Assembly (NCBI GenBank): GCA_963701965.1 | Contig: OY969695.1 | Span: 4,512,001 to 4,576,000, forward strand | Origin: an uncultured Gemmatimonadales bacterium | GTDB taxonomy: Bacteria; Gemmatimonadota; Gemmatimonadetes; Gemmatimonadales; Gemmatimonadaceae | Length of the DNA: 64,000 bases | Direction of reading: 5' to 3' | In this document: in pieces, positions 18,799-31,020 of the stretch | How the letters are laid out: the number at the start of each line of letters is the position of its first letter | How positions within the stretch are numbered: position 1 is the first letter of the stretch | Notes under the pieces: generated by a model | The model's input: only the letters and a program-made list of their open reading frames with translations | Database searches by the model: none | What the model was told of the DNA's origin: nothing | Program-made: the position numbers and the translations under genes

Positions 18799-19766
18799 AG
18801 GCGCTGGTCACGGGTGCCGGCGGGTTCGTCGGACAGTGGCTCTGCCGCGCCCTGCTGGAAGCCGGACATACGGTCGCGGGCGGCACACCGGACAATCCGG
18901 CGGCAGCGACGATGCTCGCCGAGGACGAGCACGCCGGGATCACCTGGGTGCGGGGCGATATCCGCCGCGCCGATGATGTCCGCGCCTTTCTCGATGCCGC
19001 GACCCCCGACGTCGTGTTCCACCTGGCGGGCGTGAGCTCGGTCACCGGCGCCGCGCTCGATGCGGGGACCGCGACCGATGTCAATGTCGTCGGCGCCGCG
19101 CGCCTCATGGCCGAGATCCGCGTGCGGCGCCGGACCGGCGTCCTCGACCCACTGGTCCTCATTGTCGGCAGTGCCGAGCAGTACGGACGCCACGACCCGT
19201 CGGAACAGCCGTTGTCCGAGGATGCCGAGCAGTGTCCCTTGAGCGTCTACGCCGCCACCAAAGCTGCCCAGGAAGTCGTGGCGCTGGAAGCCTTTCGGAG
19301 CGAGGGCGTCCGCGTCGTCTGCACCCGGAGCTTCAATCACAGCGGCGCCGGCCAGTCGCCGACGTTCCTGCTCCCCGCGTTGGTGAGCCGCGCGCTGGCG
19401 GCCCGGACGCAACGCCCGCCGAAGCTCACGATCGGATCGCCGACCATCGTCCGGGACTTTCTCCATGTGAACGACGTGGTCGACGCCTACATGGCCCTCG
19501 CCACCCGGGGCCGTCCCGGCGAGGTCTATAACATCTCCAGCGGGCGCGGCACGTCCGTGAAAGACCTGGCCGTCGCCATCCTGGCCGCCGCGGGTGTCAA
19601 GGCGCCCATCGTGACCGACCCGGAGCTCGTGCGCGGCGCCGACGTGCCGTCGTTGGTGGGCGACAACAGCAAGCTGCGCGAGGCCACCGGCTGGTCGCCG
19701 GAACACGGAATACCCGACATTATTGAGGATCTGATCGCACACACCGCGCATGCCTCGACGCACTGA
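18795..19766 (+). CDS. NAD-dependent epimerase/reductase, Rmd-like (GDP-4-keto-6-deoxy-mannose reductase)
   Basis: [36 protein letters not shown]; coupled to gmd. Confidence 0.8.
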   Translation: MKALVTGAGGFVGQWLCRALLEAGHTVAGGTPDNPAAATMLAEDEHAGITWVRGDIRRADDVRAFLDAATPDVVFHLAGVSSVTGAALDAGTATDVNVVGAARLMAEIRVRRRTGVLDPLVLIVGSAEQYGRHDPSEQPLSEDAEQCPLSVYAATKAAQEVVALEAFRSEGVRVVCTRSFNHSGAGQSPTFLLPALVSRALAARTQRPPKLTIGSPTIVRDFLHVNDVVDAYMALATRGRPGEVYNISSGRGTSVKDLAVAILAAAGVKAPIVTDPELVRGADVPSLVGDNSKLREATGWSPEHGIPDIIEDLIAHTAHASTH

Positions 19767-22700
19767 CCTGCACCGCATTCTGCTCCTCGGCTCCGGTCCG
19801 ATCATCATCGGCCAGGCGGCGGAGTTCGACTATTCCGGCACGCAGGCGGCGCGCGCGCTCAAGGAGGAAGGCTATTTCGTCATCCTCGTGAACTCGAACC
19901 CGGCCACGATCATGACCGATCCCGAATTCGCGGATCGGACCTATATCGAGCCGGTGACGCCCGAGTTCGTGGAGATGGTCATCGCCGAGGAGCGGCCCGA
20001 CGCCCTGTTGCCGACGATGGGCGGCCAGACGGCGCTCAACGTCGCCATGGCACTCCACAAGAACGGTGTCCTGGAGCGCTACGGCGTGGAGCTGATCGGC
20101 GCCAACGCGCGCGCGATCGAGCTGGCCGAGGATCGGGCCCTGTTCGCCGACGCCATGCGGCGGATCGGACTGTCGGTGCCGCTCGGCGGCATCGCCACGA
20201 CGTGGGACGAAGCCGAGGCGCTGGCCGACACCGTGGGCTTTCCCGCGATCATCCGCCCTTCGTTTACGCTGGGGGGCACCGGCGGCGGCATCGCCTACAA
20301 CCGCGACGAATACGAAGCCATCGTCCGGCGCGGATTGGAGCTGTCGCCCACCACGCAGGTCCTGATCGAAAAGAGCGTACTGGGGTGGAAGGAGTTCGAG
20401 TTGGAAGTCATGCGCGACGGCGCCGACAACGTCGTCATCGTGTGCTCCATCGAGAACCTCGATCCCATGGGCGTGCACACGGGCGACTCGATCACGGTCG
20501 CGCCGGCCATGACCCTGACGGATCGCGAGTATCAGCACATGCGGGACGCGGCCATCCGGGTCATCCGCGAGATCGACGTGGAGGCCGGCGGCTGTAACAT
20601 CCAGTTCGCGGTCGATCCGCGCACCGGCACCATGCTGGTGATCGAGATGAATCCCCGCGTGTCGCGCTCCTCGGCGCTGGCCTCCAAGGCGACGGGATTC
20701 CCGATCGCCCGCATCGGCGCCAAGCTCGCGGTCGGCTATCTCCTGCACGAGATCCGCAACGACATTACCAAGACGACCCCGGCATCGTTCGAGCCCGTGC
20801 TCGACTACGTGGTGGTCAAGGCGCCGCGCTTCGCGTTCGAGAAGTTCGCGACAGCGAACCCGCAGCTCACGACGCAGATGAAGTCGGTGGGTGAGTCGAT
20901 GGCGATCGGGCGCACGTTCAAGGAGGCATTTCAGAAGGCGTTGCGCGCGCTCGAGGCCGGCCGCACAGGCTGGACGATTGGCGCCACCCCGGCCGAGGAC
21001 CGCCTCACGGACGATAGCGTGGAATCCTTGCGCTCGGCGCTGCGCATGCCGACGCCCGAGCGCGTGTATCAGCTCAAGCGCGCCATGCAAGCCGGTATTG
21101 CATTGGCCGACCTGTACGACATGACCGCGATCGATCCGTGGTTTTTGTCGGAGATGCACCAACTGATGGACGCCGAGCGCCGCTACGCGGCCCTGGCGTC
21201 CCCTGGTGGCTCGGACCTCCGCGACATGAAGCGCATGGGGTTCTCGGACGTCCAGCTGGCGAAGTTGCGCGGTGAAGACGAGAGCAGCGTGCGCCGAAGG
21301 CGTCACGCCCTCGGCTTGCGCCCCGCCTACAAGATGGTCGACACCTGCGCGGGCGAGTTTCCGTCGGCCACGCCCTACTTGTACGGCAGCTACGACGACG
21401 AGAGCGAAGCGCCGCGCAGCGGGCGCCCGTCGGTCGTGATCCTGGGCAGCGGTCCCAATCGGATCGGGCAGGGGGTCGAGTTCGACTACTGCTGCGTGCA
21501 GGCCGCCATGGCGCTGCGCGGCCGGTTCGAGACGATCATGATCAACTCGAACCCCGAGACCGTCTCCACCGACTACGACATCTCGGACAAGCTCTATTTC
21601 GAGCCGCTGACGTTCGAGGACGTGCTGGAGATCGTCGAGCGGGAGCAGCCGATCGGCGTGATCGTGCAGCTCGGCGGCCAGACCCCGCTCAAGCTGACCC
21701 GCGCGCTGGAGGCGGCGGGCGTGACCATTCTCGGCACGTCGCCCGACGCGATCGACATCGCGGAAGATCGCCGGCGTTTCGAGAAGATCACACGCGAGCT
21801 GGGCCTCACCCAGCCGCCGAATGGCACGGCGGTAAGCGTCGATGAAGCGGCGACGATCGCGGCGGGCATCGGGTATCCGGTGATTCTGCGTCCGTCCTAC
21901 GTGCTCGGTGGGCGCGCGATGGAAGTCGTGTACGACGAGCCTTCGCTGCGCCAGTACTTCACGCGCGCCGTCCAGGTGTCGGAAGCGCGGCCCGTCCTGA
22001 TCGACCACTTCCTCGAGGACGCCTTCGAGGCCGACGTCGATGCGATCGCCGACGGCGCACGGGTAGTCATCGGCGGGGTGATGCAACATATCGAGGACGC
22101 CGGGATTCACTCCGGGGACTCGGCCTGCGTGCTGCCGCCCTACTTGATCGAAGACCACGACGCCGATCTCATGCGCGAGCAAACCGTCGCGCTGGCCCGC
22201 GCCCTCGGCGTCGTAGGACTGATCAACGTGCAGTTCGCGATCAAGGACAAGGTCGTCTACGTCCTGGAGGTCAATCCGCGGGCCAGCCGCACGATCCCGT
22301 TCGTGTCGAAAGCCGCGGGCGTGTCACTGGCGGCGATCGCGGCGCGCGTGATGACGGGCGAGTCGCTGGAGGCGATCGGCTATACGAAGGAGGTCATCCC
22401 GCCGTACGTCGCGGTGAAAGAGGCCGTGTTCCCGTTCAACAAATTCCGCGAGTTCGACCCCGTTCTCGGACCCGAGATGCGGTCGACGGGCGAAGTCATG
22501 GGCATCGCCGATTCGTTCGGGAGCGCCTTCGCCAAGGCGCAGGTCGCGGCCGACAACAGCCTGCCGGCGACGGGCGCGGTGTTCGTGACCGTCAACGACG
22601 CGGACAAGCGCACCGTCCTGCCGATCGTCCGGCGCTTTCACGAGATGGGATTCCGGTTGTTCGCCACCGAAGGCACCGCGCGGTACCTGCGGCGCCACGG

Positions 22701-22995
22701 CGTGCGTGCCGAGCGCGTGTTCAAGGTCCACGAGGGGCGGCCGCACGGGATGGATCTGATCGTCAACGGCGATGTGCAACTCCTCATCAACACGCCGTTG
22801 GGCAAGCATGCGTTCCGCGATGACTATTCGCTGCGCCAACAGGCGATCGCCCACGGGGTGCCGTATACGACGACGTTGACCGCCGCCGAGGCCGCGTGCA
22901 ACGCCGTGCTCGCGCTGCGCTCCCGTCCCCAGTCGGTGCGCTGCCTCCAAGAGTGGCACGCGCTCATTCAGGATGCGCAGGAGGCGGTGCTGTGA
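19750..22995 (+). CDS. carB: Carbamoyl-phosphate synthase large subunit
   Basis: [17 protein letters not shown], two ATP-grasp domains, MGS domain. Confidence 0.98.
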   Translation: MPRRTDLHRILLLGSGPIIIGQAAEFDYSGTQAARALKEEGYFVILVNSNPATIMTDPEFADRTYIEPVTPEFVEMVIAEERPDALLPTMGGQTALNVAMALHKNGVLERYGVELIGANARAIELAEDRALFADAMRRIGLSVPLGGIATTWDEAEALADTVGFPAIIRPSFTLGGTGGGIAYNRDEYEAIVRRGLELSPTTQVLIEKSVLGWKEFELEVMRDGADNVVIVCSIENLDPMGVHTGDSITVAPAMTLTDREYQHMRDAAIRVIREIDVEAGGCNIQFAVDPRTGTMLVIEMNPRVSRSSALASKATGFPIARIGAKLAVGYLLHEIRNDITKTTPASFEPVLDYVVVKAPRFAFEKFATANPQLTTQMKSVGESMAIGRTFKEAFQKALRALEAGRTGWTIGATPAEDRLTDDSVESLRSALRMPTPERVYQLKRAMQAGIALADLYDMTAIDPWFLSEMHQLMDAERRYAALASPGGSDLRDMKRMGFSDVQLAKLRGEDESSVRRRRHALGLRPAYKMVDTCAGEFPSATPYLYGSYDDESEAPRSGRPSVVILGSGPNRIGQGVEFDYCCVQAAMALRGRFETIMINSNPETVSTDYDISDKLYFEPLTFEDVLEIVEREQPIGVIVQLGGQTPLKLTRALEAAGVTILGTSPDAIDIAEDRRRFEKITRELGLTQPPNGTAVSVDEAATIAAGIGYPVILRPSYVLGGRAMEVVYDEPSLRQYFTRAVQVSEARPVLIDHFLEDAFEADVDAIADGARVVIGGVMQHIEDAGIHSGDSACVLPPYLIEDHDADLMREQTVALARALGVVGLINVQFAIKDKVVYVLEVNPRASRTIPFVSKAAGVSLAAIAARVMTGESLEAIGYTKEVIPPYVAVKEAVFPFNKFREFDPVLGPEMRSTGEVMGIADSFGSAFAKAQVAADNSLPATGAVFVTVNDADKRTVLPIVRRFHEMGFRLFATEGTARYLRRHGVRAERVFKVHEGRPHGMDLIVNGDVQLLINTPLGKHAFRDDYSLRQQAIAHGVPYTTTLTAAEAACNAVLALRSRPQSVRCLQEWHALIQDAQEAVL

Positions 22996-23582
22996 TCGCC
23001 GCCGACGCGTTCGTGCACGAATCCGCCTACGTGGACGACGGCGCGGTGGTGGGCTCCGGCACCAAGATCTGGCACTTTTGCCACGTGCTGTCCGGCGCCG
23101 TCATCGGCAGCCGGTCGAGCCTGGGCCAGAACGTGGTCGTCATGGGCGGGACGCGCATCGGCGACAACGTGAAGATCCAGAACAACGTGTCGGTGTACGA
23201 AGGCGTCGAGCTCGAGAATGATGTGTTCTGCGGACCGTCAATGGTGTTCACCAACGTCATCAACCCGCGGAGCCACGTCTCGCGCCGGCACGAATATCGA
23301 CGCACCCTGGTGGGCCGCGGTGCCACGATCGGCGCCAACGCGACGATCGTGTGCGGCGTGACGCTCGGGGAATATGCGTTCATCGGGGCGGGAACGGTCG
23401 TGACGAAAGACGTGGCGCCGTTCGCGCTGGTCGTCGGCGTCCCGGGGCGGCGCCTCGGGTGGATGTGCCGGTGCGGCGAGCGCCTCGGCGATGGGACGGC
23501 CGCGAGCGGCGGGGCGTGTGACGTGTGCGGCACTCGGTACGTCCCGGCCGGGGGAGGAATCGCCATCGTGGAGAGCCCGTGA
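22992..23582 (+). CDS. Hexapeptide-repeat N-acetyltransferase, WbpD/WlbB-like
   Basis: [36 protein letters not shown]. Confidence 0.88.
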   Translation: MIAADAFVHESAYVDDGAVVGSGTKIWHFCHVLSGAVIGSRSSLGQNVVVMGGTRIGDNVKIQNNVSVYEGVELENDVFCGPSMVFTNVINPRSHVSRRHEYRRTLVGRGATIGANATIVCGVTLGEYAFIGAGTVVTKDVAPFALVVGVPGRRLGWMCRCGERLGDGTAASGGACDVCGTRYVPAGGGIAIVESP

Positions 23583-24643
23583 ACAGAGTGAGCGACCAGG
23601 TGCCCGTGCACAGGTTTCGCATCGCCGTCGTGGGCGCCGGACGTATCGCGCGCAACCACTACGACGCGATCGCGAAAGTGGAGGGTCTGGAGCTGACGGC
23701 CGTCTGCGACGTCGACGCCGAGCGGGCGCGCGAAGCGGGAGAGGCGCAGGGGGTGCCGTGGTTCCGGTCCTACGAGGAGATGCTGGCACAGGCGCCGTGC
23801 GACATCGTCGCCGTGGCGACGCCGTCCGGGCTCCATCCCCGCCACGGCATTCTCGCCGCCCATGCCGGCAAGCACGTGGTGTGCGAAAAGCCAATGGCGA
23901 TCACCCTGTCCGCCGCGGATGAGCTCGTACAGGCGTGCGACGATGCCGGGGTGCAGCTGTTCGTGGTCAAGCAAAACCGGTTGAACGCGACCATCCAGCT
24001 GCTCAAGCGGGCGATCGACAAGCAACGGTTTGGTCGCATTTACATGGCGAACTGCACGGTCCGCTGGGCGCGGCCCCAGGAGTATTACGATTCCGCGCCT
24101 TGGCGCGGGACCTGGGAGTTCGACGGCGGGGCGTTCATGAATCAGGCGTCACACTACGTCGACCTCATTCAGTGGCTCGTCGGTCCGGTCGAAAGCGTCA
24201 TTGCCAAGACGGCCACGCTCGCCCGGCGGATCGAGACCGAGGATTCCGGGATCGCCATTCTCAAATTCCGGAGCGGCGCCCTCGGTACCATCGAAGTCAC
24301 CATGCTCACGTATCCCCGGAATCTCGAGGGTTCCATCACGATTCTCGGGGAGAAGGGCACCGTGAAAGTCGGCGGCACGGCGGTCAACAAGATCGAGCAT
24401 TGGACCTTTGCCGAGTACGACGACGACGACAAGCTCGTGGATGCCGCGGCCAGCAATCCGCCCAACGTCTATGGGTACGGCCACGAGGGGTACTACCGGA
24501 ACGTGCTGTCCGTCCTGCGGGGCGAGGCCAAGGCCGACACCGACGGCCGCGCGGGCCGCAAGTCGCTCGAGCTGATCCTCGGTATCTACCAATCGGCCAA
24601 AGCGGGCCGCGAGATCCCGCTGCCGCTGCAAGCCAAGATCTAG
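23579..24643 (+). CDS. Gfo/Idh/MocA oxidoreductase, WbpB/WlbA-like
   Basis: [31 protein letters not shown]. Confidence 0.88.
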   Translation: MNRVSDQVPVHRFRIAVVGAGRIARNHYDAIAKVEGLELTAVCDVDAERAREAGEAQGVPWFRSYEEMLAQAPCDIVAVATPSGLHPRHGILAAHAGKHVVCEKPMAITLSAADELVQACDDAGVQLFVVKQNRLNATIQLLKRAIDKQRFGRIYMANCTVRWARPQEYYDSAPWRGTWEFDGGAFMNQASHYVDLIQWLVGPVESVIAKTATLARRIETEDSGIAILKFRSGALGTIEVTMLTYPRNLEGSITILGEKGTVKVGGTAVNKIEHWTFAEYDDDDKLVDAAASNPPNVYGYGHEGYYRNVLSVLRGEAKADTDGRAGRKSLELILGIYQSAKAGREIPLPLQAKI

Positions 24644-24749
24644 GCGCGGACCCGCTTTCCGGCGCGCCGGTGTGATGCCAGTCACGGCGCCCCCAAGCCG
24701 TCGCCGTTGATTGACAGCGCCCCCCCGAGACCGGCAGCTTTCATCTGCT

Positions 24750-25856
24750 ATGGCAGTGCCTCTCCTCGACCTGCGCGCGCAGCACGCGACGATCCGCGAC
24801 GAGGTCGTCACGGCCATGATGCGCGTAGTCAATGATCAAGCGTTCATCCTCGGCCAACCCGTCGCCAAGCTGGAAGCGGCGGTGGCGAGTCTGTCCCGGA
24901 CCCGGTTCGCGATCGGTTGCGCCAACGGGACGGACGCGATCATTCTGGCCCTGCGGGCCCTCGACATCGGACGCGACGACGAAGTCATCACGACGCCGTT
25001 CACGTTCTTCGCGACGGCGGGCACGATCCACAACGTGGGCGCCCGCCCGGTGTTCGTGGACATCGACCCCGCCACGTTCAATATCGACCCGGCCGCGATC
25101 GCCGCCGCGGTGACCCCGCGGACCCGCGCGGTCATCCCCGTCGATCTCTTCGGGCAAATGGCCGCGTTGGATCGCGTCGCTGGCGCGGCGCGCGGTCTCC
25201 CCATGATCGAGGACGCCGCGCAATCGATCGGCGCCCGACGGGCCATCGACGGCGAATGGCGGATGGCCGGCGAAGCGGCCACTATCGGTACCTTCTCGTT
25301 CTTCCCCTCCAAGAACCTGGGCGGTTGGGGCGACGGCGGCATGGTGGTCACGCAGGACGAGCGCCTGGCGCAGCGTCTCATGCGCCTCCGCACCCACGGC
25401 GGCACCAAGACGTACTATCACGAGGAAGTCGGGTACAACTCGCGCTTGGACACCCTGCAGGCCGCGGTGCTGGACGCCAAGCTTCCGCACCTCGCGCGGT
25501 GGAGCGCCCGCCGCCGCGAAAACGCCGCCTACTATACGGCGGCATTCGCCGACCTGGGCGATGTGCGGACGCCGGTGATCGCGCCCGAAAACGAGTCGAT
25601 CTTCAATCAATACACGATCCGCGTGCCCCGGCGCGACGATCTGGCGCAGCACCTCAAGTCGCGGGGCATCGGGTCGGCGATCTACTATCCGCTGCCGTTG
25701 CACCTCCAACCCTGCTTTGCCTATCTCGGGTACAAGGCGGGACAACTGCCCGAGTCCGAACGCGCGTCGCGCGAAGTCTTGTCGCTGCCCATTTATCCGG
25801 AGCTCACACGGGGCCAGTTGGACGAGGTGGTCGCCGCCGTGCGCGAGTTCTTTTAG
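24750..25856 (+). CDS. DegT/DnrJ/EryC1/StrS aminotransferase, WbpE/WlbC-like
   Basis: EDAAQSIG, SFFPSKNLG..GDGG, NSRLDTLQAA. Confidence 0.9.
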   Translation: MAVPLLDLRAQHATIRDEVVTAMMRVVNDQAFILGQPVAKLEAAVASLSRTRFAIGCANGTDAIILALRALDIGRDDEVITTPFTFFATAGTIHNVGARPVFVDIDPATFNIDPAAIAAAVTPRTRAVIPVDLFGQMAALDRVAGAARGLPMIEDAAQSIGARRAIDGEWRMAGEAATIGTFSFFPSKNLGGWGDGGMVVTQDERLAQRLMRLRTHGGTKTYYHEEVGYNSRLDTLQAAVLDAKLPHLARWSARRRENAAYYTAAFADLGDVRTPVIAPENESIFNQYTIRVPRRDDLAQHLKSRGIGSAIYYPLPLHLQPCFAYLGYKAGQLPESERASREVLSLPIYPELTRGQLDEVVAAVREFF

Positions 25857-25868
25857 CCCAGGATCCCA

Positions 25869-27188
25869 ATGAAAGAACAGTTGCTCGCGAAGATCAACGA
25901 CCGGACGGCCGTGATCGGCGTCGTGGGTCTTGGGTACGTGGGTTTGCCGCTGGCCGTGGAGTTTGCCAAGGCGGGCTTTCACGTGATCGGCTACAATGTG
26001 AGCGCCCGGGTCGTGTCGGCGCTGAACGCGGGGCGGTCGCACATCCAGGACGTGCCGTCGGCCGAGGTCGCGGCCCTGGTCTCCGCGGGCAAGCTCGAGG
26101 CGACGACGGACGGCAACCGCCTGAGTGAAGTCGACACCGTCTCGATCGCCGTCCCGACGCCATTGGTCAAGACGCGCGATCCCGACATGAGCTTTGTCGA
26201 CAAGGCGACCGACACGATCGCCGAGCAATGCCATCCCGGCACGTTGATCGTGTTGGAGAGCACGACCTATCCGGGTACCACCCGCGAGCTGGTGTGGCCC
26301 AAGTTCGAGGCGCGCGGTCTCAAGGCCGGCGTCGACGTCTTTTTGGCATTCAGCCCCGAGCGCGTCGATCCGGGCAACGAGAAGTACAATACCCGCAACA
26401 CGCCCAAGGTCGTCGGCGGCCTGACTCCCGCCTGCATGGACGTCGCCTACGCCCTCTACGCCACCTGCGTCGACAAAGTCGTCCGTGTGACCAGCCCGGA
26501 AGTCGCCGAACTGGTCAAGTTGCTGGAAAACACCTTCCGCTCCGTCAACATCGCCCTCGTGAACGAGACGGCGATCGTCTGCGACCGGCTCGGTGTTGAC
26601 GTCTGGGAGGTCATCAATGCCGCCGCCACGAAGCCCTTCGGCTTCATGAAGTTCACGCCGGGTCCCGGGATTGGCGGACACTGTATTCCGCTCGATCCCC
26701 ACTATCTCGCATGGAAGATGCGGACGCTGAACTACAAAACGCGTTTCATCGACTTAGCCAGCGAGATCAATAGCCAGATGCCCGACTACGTAGTGGAGAA
26801 AGTGGCGCACGCCCTCAACGATGCCCGGAAAGCGGTGAACGGTAGCCGGGTACTGGTGATTGGGGTGGCCTACAAGAAGAACATCGACGACATCCGGGAG
26901 AGCCCGGCACTCGACGTGATCCGACTGCTCGAGGGGCGCGGCGCCACGGTCGCCTACCATGATCCGTTCATTCCCCGTTTCCGCGAGGAAGGGCACGAAC
27001 GGGTCGGTGTCGCCTTGAATGCCGCGGAGTTGGAGCGGTCGGACGCCGTCGTCATCGTCACCGATCACACGGGCGTCGACTATCAGCTCATTGTCGACCA
27101 CACGGATGTGGTCGTCGATACCCGAAACGCGACTGCGGGCGTTCGGAACCCGTCCGCCCGGATCGTGTCGCTTTCGACCGCGGCCTGA
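25869..27188 (+). CDS. UDP-GlcNAc 6-dehydrogenase, WbpA-like
   Basis: GLGYVGLPLA, ESTTYPGTT, SPERVDPGN, GGHCIPLDP, DIRESP. Confidence 0.9.
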   Translation: MKEQLLAKINDRTAVIGVVGLGYVGLPLAVEFAKAGFHVIGYNVSARVVSALNAGRSHIQDVPSAEVAALVSAGKLEATTDGNRLSEVDTVSIAVPTPLVKTRDPDMSFVDKATDTIAEQCHPGTLIVLESTTYPGTTRELVWPKFEARGLKAGVDVFLAFSPERVDPGNEKYNTRNTPKVVGGLTPACMDVAYALYATCVDKVVRVTSPEVAELVKLLENTFRSVNIALVNETAIVCDRLGVDVWEVINAAATKPFGFMKFTPGPGIGGHCIPLDPHYLAWKMRTLNYKTRFIDLASEINSQMPDYVVEKVAHALNDARKAVNGSRVLVIGVAYKKNIDDIRESPALDVIRLLEGRGATVAYHDPFIPRFREEGHERVGVALNAAELERSDAVVIVTDHTGVDYQLIVDHTDVVVDTRNATAGVRNPSARIVSLSTAA

Positions 27189-27200
27189 CGGGCCTCCGGC

Positions 27201-28502
27201 ATGAACATCACAGTAGTGGGTAGCGGGTACGTGGGCCTCGTCGTGGGCGCGTGCTTTGCGGAGACCGGGAACGACGTCACCTGCGCGGACGTCGATCCGA
27301 AGAAGATCGAGGGCCTCAAGCACAACCGGCTCCCGATCTACGAGCCTGGCCTGTTGCCGCTCGTGGAGCGGAACCAACAGCAAGAGCGGCTCGCGTTCAC
27401 GACCGACATCGCGGGCGCGATCGCGTCGGCCAGCGTCGTGTTCATCGCGGTGGGCACCCCGCCCGACGAGGACGGCTCGGCCGATCTGCGTCACGTGCTC
27501 TCCGTGGCCGAGGAGATCGGCCGGCACGCGACGCGCGAGCTCGTGGTGGTGACCAAGTCGACGGTCCCGGTGGGCACGGCGGGCAAAGTCGCCGAAGCGA
27601 TGGCCCGCCACGCGAAGCACAAGTTCCACATGTGCAGCAACCCCGAGTTTCTGAAGGAAGGGGCCGCGGTCGACGACTTCATGAAGCCCGACCGCGTCGT
27701 CCTGGGCGTGGCCACGGATTTCGCGCGCTCGGTGATGGCGGAGCTGTATGCGCCGTTTGTCCGCACGGGCAAACCGATCATCTTCATGGATATCGCCTCG
27801 GCCGAGATGACCAAGTACGCGGCCAACGCGATGCTGGCAACGCGTATTTCGTTCATGAACGAGATCGCGCGTCTGTGTGAGATTGTCGGCGCCAATATCG
27901 ACTCCGTCCGCCGGGGTATCGGCAGCGACGCGCGAATCGGATCCTCGTTTCTGTTCCCCGGGCCCGGCTACGGCGGGTCGTGCTTCCCCAAGGACGTCCA
28001 AGCCTTGGTCCGGACCGCCCAGTCCGTGCACGTGCCGCTCGAAGTTGTCGCCGCCGTCGAGCGGGCCAACGAGCGCCAGAAGCACGTGCTGTTCGAGAAG
28101 GTCAGCCGGGCGCTCGACGGCTCGCTCAACGGTGCCCGCATCGCGGTCTGGGGGCTGGCGTTCAAGCCGCAGACCGACGACATGCGCGAGGCGCCGGCGC
28201 TGACCCTGATCGATGAGCTGCTGGCGGCCGGCGCCACCGTGCGGGCGCACGACCCGGTCGCCGAGCACGAAGCCCGGCGGCGCCTCGGCGACCGTATCGC
28301 CTATGCCGACTCGAACTACAATGCCGCCAATGGCGCGGACGCGCTGATCGTCGTCACCGACTGGAACGAGTACCGCCATCCCGATTTCCGGCGGATCAAA
28401 GAGGCTCTCAAGCGCCCGGTGTTGATCGACGGACGCAACCTGTACGATCCGCAGCAGATGCGATCACTGGGGTTCATCTACGACTCGATCGGACGCACCT
28501 GA
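27201..28502 (+). CDS. ugd: UDP-glucose 6-dehydrogenase
   Basis: GSGYVGL, KSTVPVG, SNPEFLKEG, GYGGSCFPKD. Confidence 0.93.
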   Translation: MNITVVGSGYVGLVVGACFAETGNDVTCADVDPKKIEGLKHNRLPIYEPGLLPLVERNQQQERLAFTTDIAGAIASASVVFIAVGTPPDEDGSADLRHVLSVAEEIGRHATRELVVVTKSTVPVGTAGKVAEAMARHAKHKFHMCSNPEFLKEGAAVDDFMKPDRVVLGVATDFARSVMAELYAPFVRTGKPIIFMDIASAEMTKYAANAMLATRISFMNEIARLCEIVGANIDSVRRGIGSDARIGSSFLFPGPGYGGSCFPKDVQALVRTAQSVHVPLEVVAAVERANERQKHVLFEKVSRALDGSLNGARIAVWGLAFKPQTDDMREAPALTLIDELLAAGATVRAHDPVAEHEARRRLGDRIAYADSNYNAANGADALIVVTDWNEYRHPDFRRIKEALKRPVLIDGRNLYDPQQMRSLGFIYDSIGRT

Positions 28503-28505
28503 CCT

Positions 28506-29453
28506 ATGCGCGTGCTCATCACCGGCGCCGCGGGCTTCCTCGGCTCGCATCTGGCCGACCGTTTTCTGGCTGAGGGGCACAGCGTCGTAGGGTTGGACAA
28601 TTTCGTCACCGGGCATCCCGAGAACATCGCCCATCTCATCGGGCGGCCCGATTTCTCGTTCTTGCGGCACAACATCTCGACCTTCACGTTCGTCGCCGGG
28701 CCGCTCGACGGCGTGCTCCATTTCGCGTCGCCGGCGAGCCCCGTCGACTACCTCGAGCACCCCATCCCCACGCTCAAAGTCGGGGCGCTCGGCACCCACA
28801 ATGCGCTGGGGCTGGCCAAGGCCAAGGGGGCGCGGTTCTTTCTGGCCTCCACATCCGAGGTCTATGGGGATCCGCTGGTGCATCCCCAGACCGAGTCCTA
28901 TTGGGGCAACGTCAATCCCATCGGGCCCCGCGGCGTCTATGACGAGGCGAAGCGCTTCGCCGAGGCCATCACCATGGCCTATCACCGGTTCCATGGCGTC
29001 GATACGCGGATCGTGCGGATCTTCAATACGTATGGCCCGCGCATGCGCCCGCGGGACGGCCGCGTCGTCTCCAATTTCATCGTGCAGGCGCTGACCGGCG
29101 AGCCGATCACGATCTACGGCAACGGTGCGCAGACGCGCAGCTTTTGCTACGTCGACGACGAAGTCGATGGCATTTACCGGCTTTTCATGAACGGCGACGC
29201 CGATCCCACCAACATCGGCAACCCCGACGAGTACACGGTGAAGGAGCTGGCCGAGATCGTCGTGGAGCTGACCGGGACGCGGTCGCCCATCGTGTACCGC
29301 GACCTGCCCGTGGACGATCCGAAGGTCCGGCGCCCCGACATCACGCGCGCCTGCACCATGCTCGGATGGACGCCGAAGGTGCCAGTCCGCGAAGGCGTAA
29401 CCCGGACGATCGAGTATTTCCGGTCGCTGATCGGCACGGATCGCATGGCATGA
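28506..29453 (+). CDS. UDP-glucuronate decarboxylase (UXS-like)
   Basis: [43 protein letters not shown]. Confidence 0.92.
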   Translation: MRVLITGAAGFLGSHLADRFLAEGHSVVGLDNFVTGHPENIAHLIGRPDFSFLRHNISTFTFVAGPLDGVLHFASPASPVDYLEHPIPTLKVGALGTHNALGLAKAKGARFFLASTSEVYGDPLVHPQTESYWGNVNPIGPRGVYDEAKRFAEAITMAYHRFHGVDTRIVRIFNTYGPRMRPRDGRVVSNFIVQALTGEPITIYGNGAQTRSFCYVDDEVDGIYRLFMNGDADPTNIGNPDEYTVKELAEIVVELTGTRSPIVYRDLPVDDPKVRRPDITRACTMLGWTPKVPVREGVTRTIEYFRSLIGTDRMA

Positions 29454-30187
29454 CCACCGGGGTGCGTGACCTCCTCGATCTCGCGCCCGATCCCGTCGAG
29501 CGGGCCCGGGAGCGGTTCGCGGTCCGCGACTACCACGGCGCTGTCCTCTTGCTGGCCGAGGCGATCGGCGGCGGATGCGGGTATGCCGACGCCTACAACC
29601 TGTACGGGTTGGCGCTGGCCATGGTCGACCGGCCCCTGGAAGCCCTGTATCAGTTCGACCAGGCCCTGGAACGCAATCCCCGCTACGTCGAAGCGCACCT
29701 CAATCGGGCCGTGCTGCTCAACGGGCTAGGGCGCACCGAGGAGGCCGCCGCGTCATTCGCGATGGCGGAGGCGTTCGGCCGGCCGGACGAGACCGGCTTT
29801 CCGGTCGTGGTCGGCAACCGGCTGGCGAACGCCCATGCCGCACTGGCGGATGAGTACCGGAACGCCGGGGCGTCGGAGGAGGCCATCACGCAGTACCGCC
29901 GGGCCTTGGCGCTGAGGCCCGGATACGTGGACATCGGGCTGTCGTTGTCCCGCACCCTCCTCGAGGCGCAGCGGTACGAGGAAGCCGCGGAGTCCCTGGA
30001 TGCGGTGCTGGCCGTGCGCCCCGAATTGCTGGATGCCCTCTTATTGCGCGGTTTGACATCGTATCTTCGAGGAGAGCACGCGACCGCCGGACGGGTCTGG
30101 GATCGCGCCGCTGTTGCCCACCCCGGCGATCCGCGGGTAGAGACCTATCGATCCATGCTCGCCCGCCACTCGGCGGGAGGGCAGTGA
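29450..30187 (+). CDS. Tetratricopeptide repeat protein
   Basis: Repeated TPR-like helices ([22 protein letters not shown]); ATGA overlap. Confidence 0.85.
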   Translation: MTTGVRDLLDLAPDPVERARERFAVRDYHGAVLLLAEAIGGGCGYADAYNLYGLALAMVDRPLEALYQFDQALERNPRYVEAHLNRAVLLNGLGRTEEAAASFAMAEAFGRPDETGFPVVVGNRLANAHAALADEYRNAGASEEAITQYRRALALRPGYVDIGLSLSRTLLEAQRYEEAAESLDAVLAVRPELLDALLLRGLTSYLRGEHATAGRVWDRAAVAHPGDPRVETYRSMLARHSAGGQ

Positions 30188-30223
30188 ACCAGAGCCAGAG
30201 TGTCGGGTATCAATAACATCACA

Positions 30224-30994
30224 ATGTCACGCCTGCGCACCACGTTGGCCGTTGCCGGCACCGCGGCCCTCGGACTCATCGCCGGATCGTGCGCCGGCCA
30301 TCTCGATCTCGCGAAGTTTCACGGGACGAACGAGGAGCTGTATGCTCGCTCGGTGCACGCGTTCACCAAGCACAACTGGGATGACGCGGTCGCCGGGTTC
30401 GAGAAGTTGACGCTCGAGCTTCCGGCCCACGACACGCTGCTGTCCCGCGCCCATTTCTATCTCGGCGCGGCGCACGAGCACCGCTCCGAGTATCTGCTCG
30501 CGGCCCAAAGCTACTCGCGCTTGGCCGAGTCGTTCCCCGACGACTCGTTGGCCGACCGCTCGCTCTACAACGCCGGCCGCTGCTATCAAAAAATGTGGCA
30601 TCGCCCCGACCTGGACGCCCAGAATGGCGAATCGGCGCTGACATCGTACCAGCAGCTGCTGTCCCTCTACCCGGGTTCGCCGCTGGCGCCGGACGCGCAG
30701 AAGCAGATCGGGCGCTTGGACGAGTGGTTCGCGCAGAAGGACTACACGAACGGGGTGCACTACTACAAGCGCAAGGCCTACGACTCGTCGATCATCTATT
30801 TCAAAGACGTCGTCAAGAACTACCCGACGACGGCAATGGCGCGGCGGGCGCAGCTCAAGCTCGTCGATGCCTATCGGGCGATCCACTACCGGGACGACGC
30901 CAACGACGTGTGCACGTCGCTCCGCACGGCGTATCCGGGCGACCGGGAAGTCCGCGATCACTGCGGGATCGCGGTCAGCGCGCAACGGCCTTGA
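30224..30994 (+). CDS. bamD: Outer membrane protein assembly lipoprotein BamD
   Basis: Lipobox AGSC, TPRs, PDLDAQ, AQKDY..G.HYYKRKAY. Confidence 0.85.
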   Translation: MSRLRTTLAVAGTAALGLIAGSCAGHLDLAKFHGTNEELYARSVHAFTKHNWDDAVAGFEKLTLELPAHDTLLSRAHFYLGAAHEHRSEYLLAAQSYSRLAESFPDDSLADRSLYNAGRCYQKMWHRPDLDAQNGESALTSYQQLLSLYPGSPLAPDAQKQIGRLDEWFAQKDYTNGVHYYKRKAYDSSIIYFKDVVKNYPTTAMARRAQLKLVDAYRAIHYRDDANDVCTSLRTAYPGDREVRDHCGIAVSAQRP

Positions 30995-31020
30995 GCCCCG
31001 GCCCGGCGCCACGCTAGGGC

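Noticed and set aside
24711..24740. TTGACA-N18-CAGCTT promoter upstream of the DegT gene
   Set aside because: Perfect -35 but a weak -10 and long spacer; not enough to call
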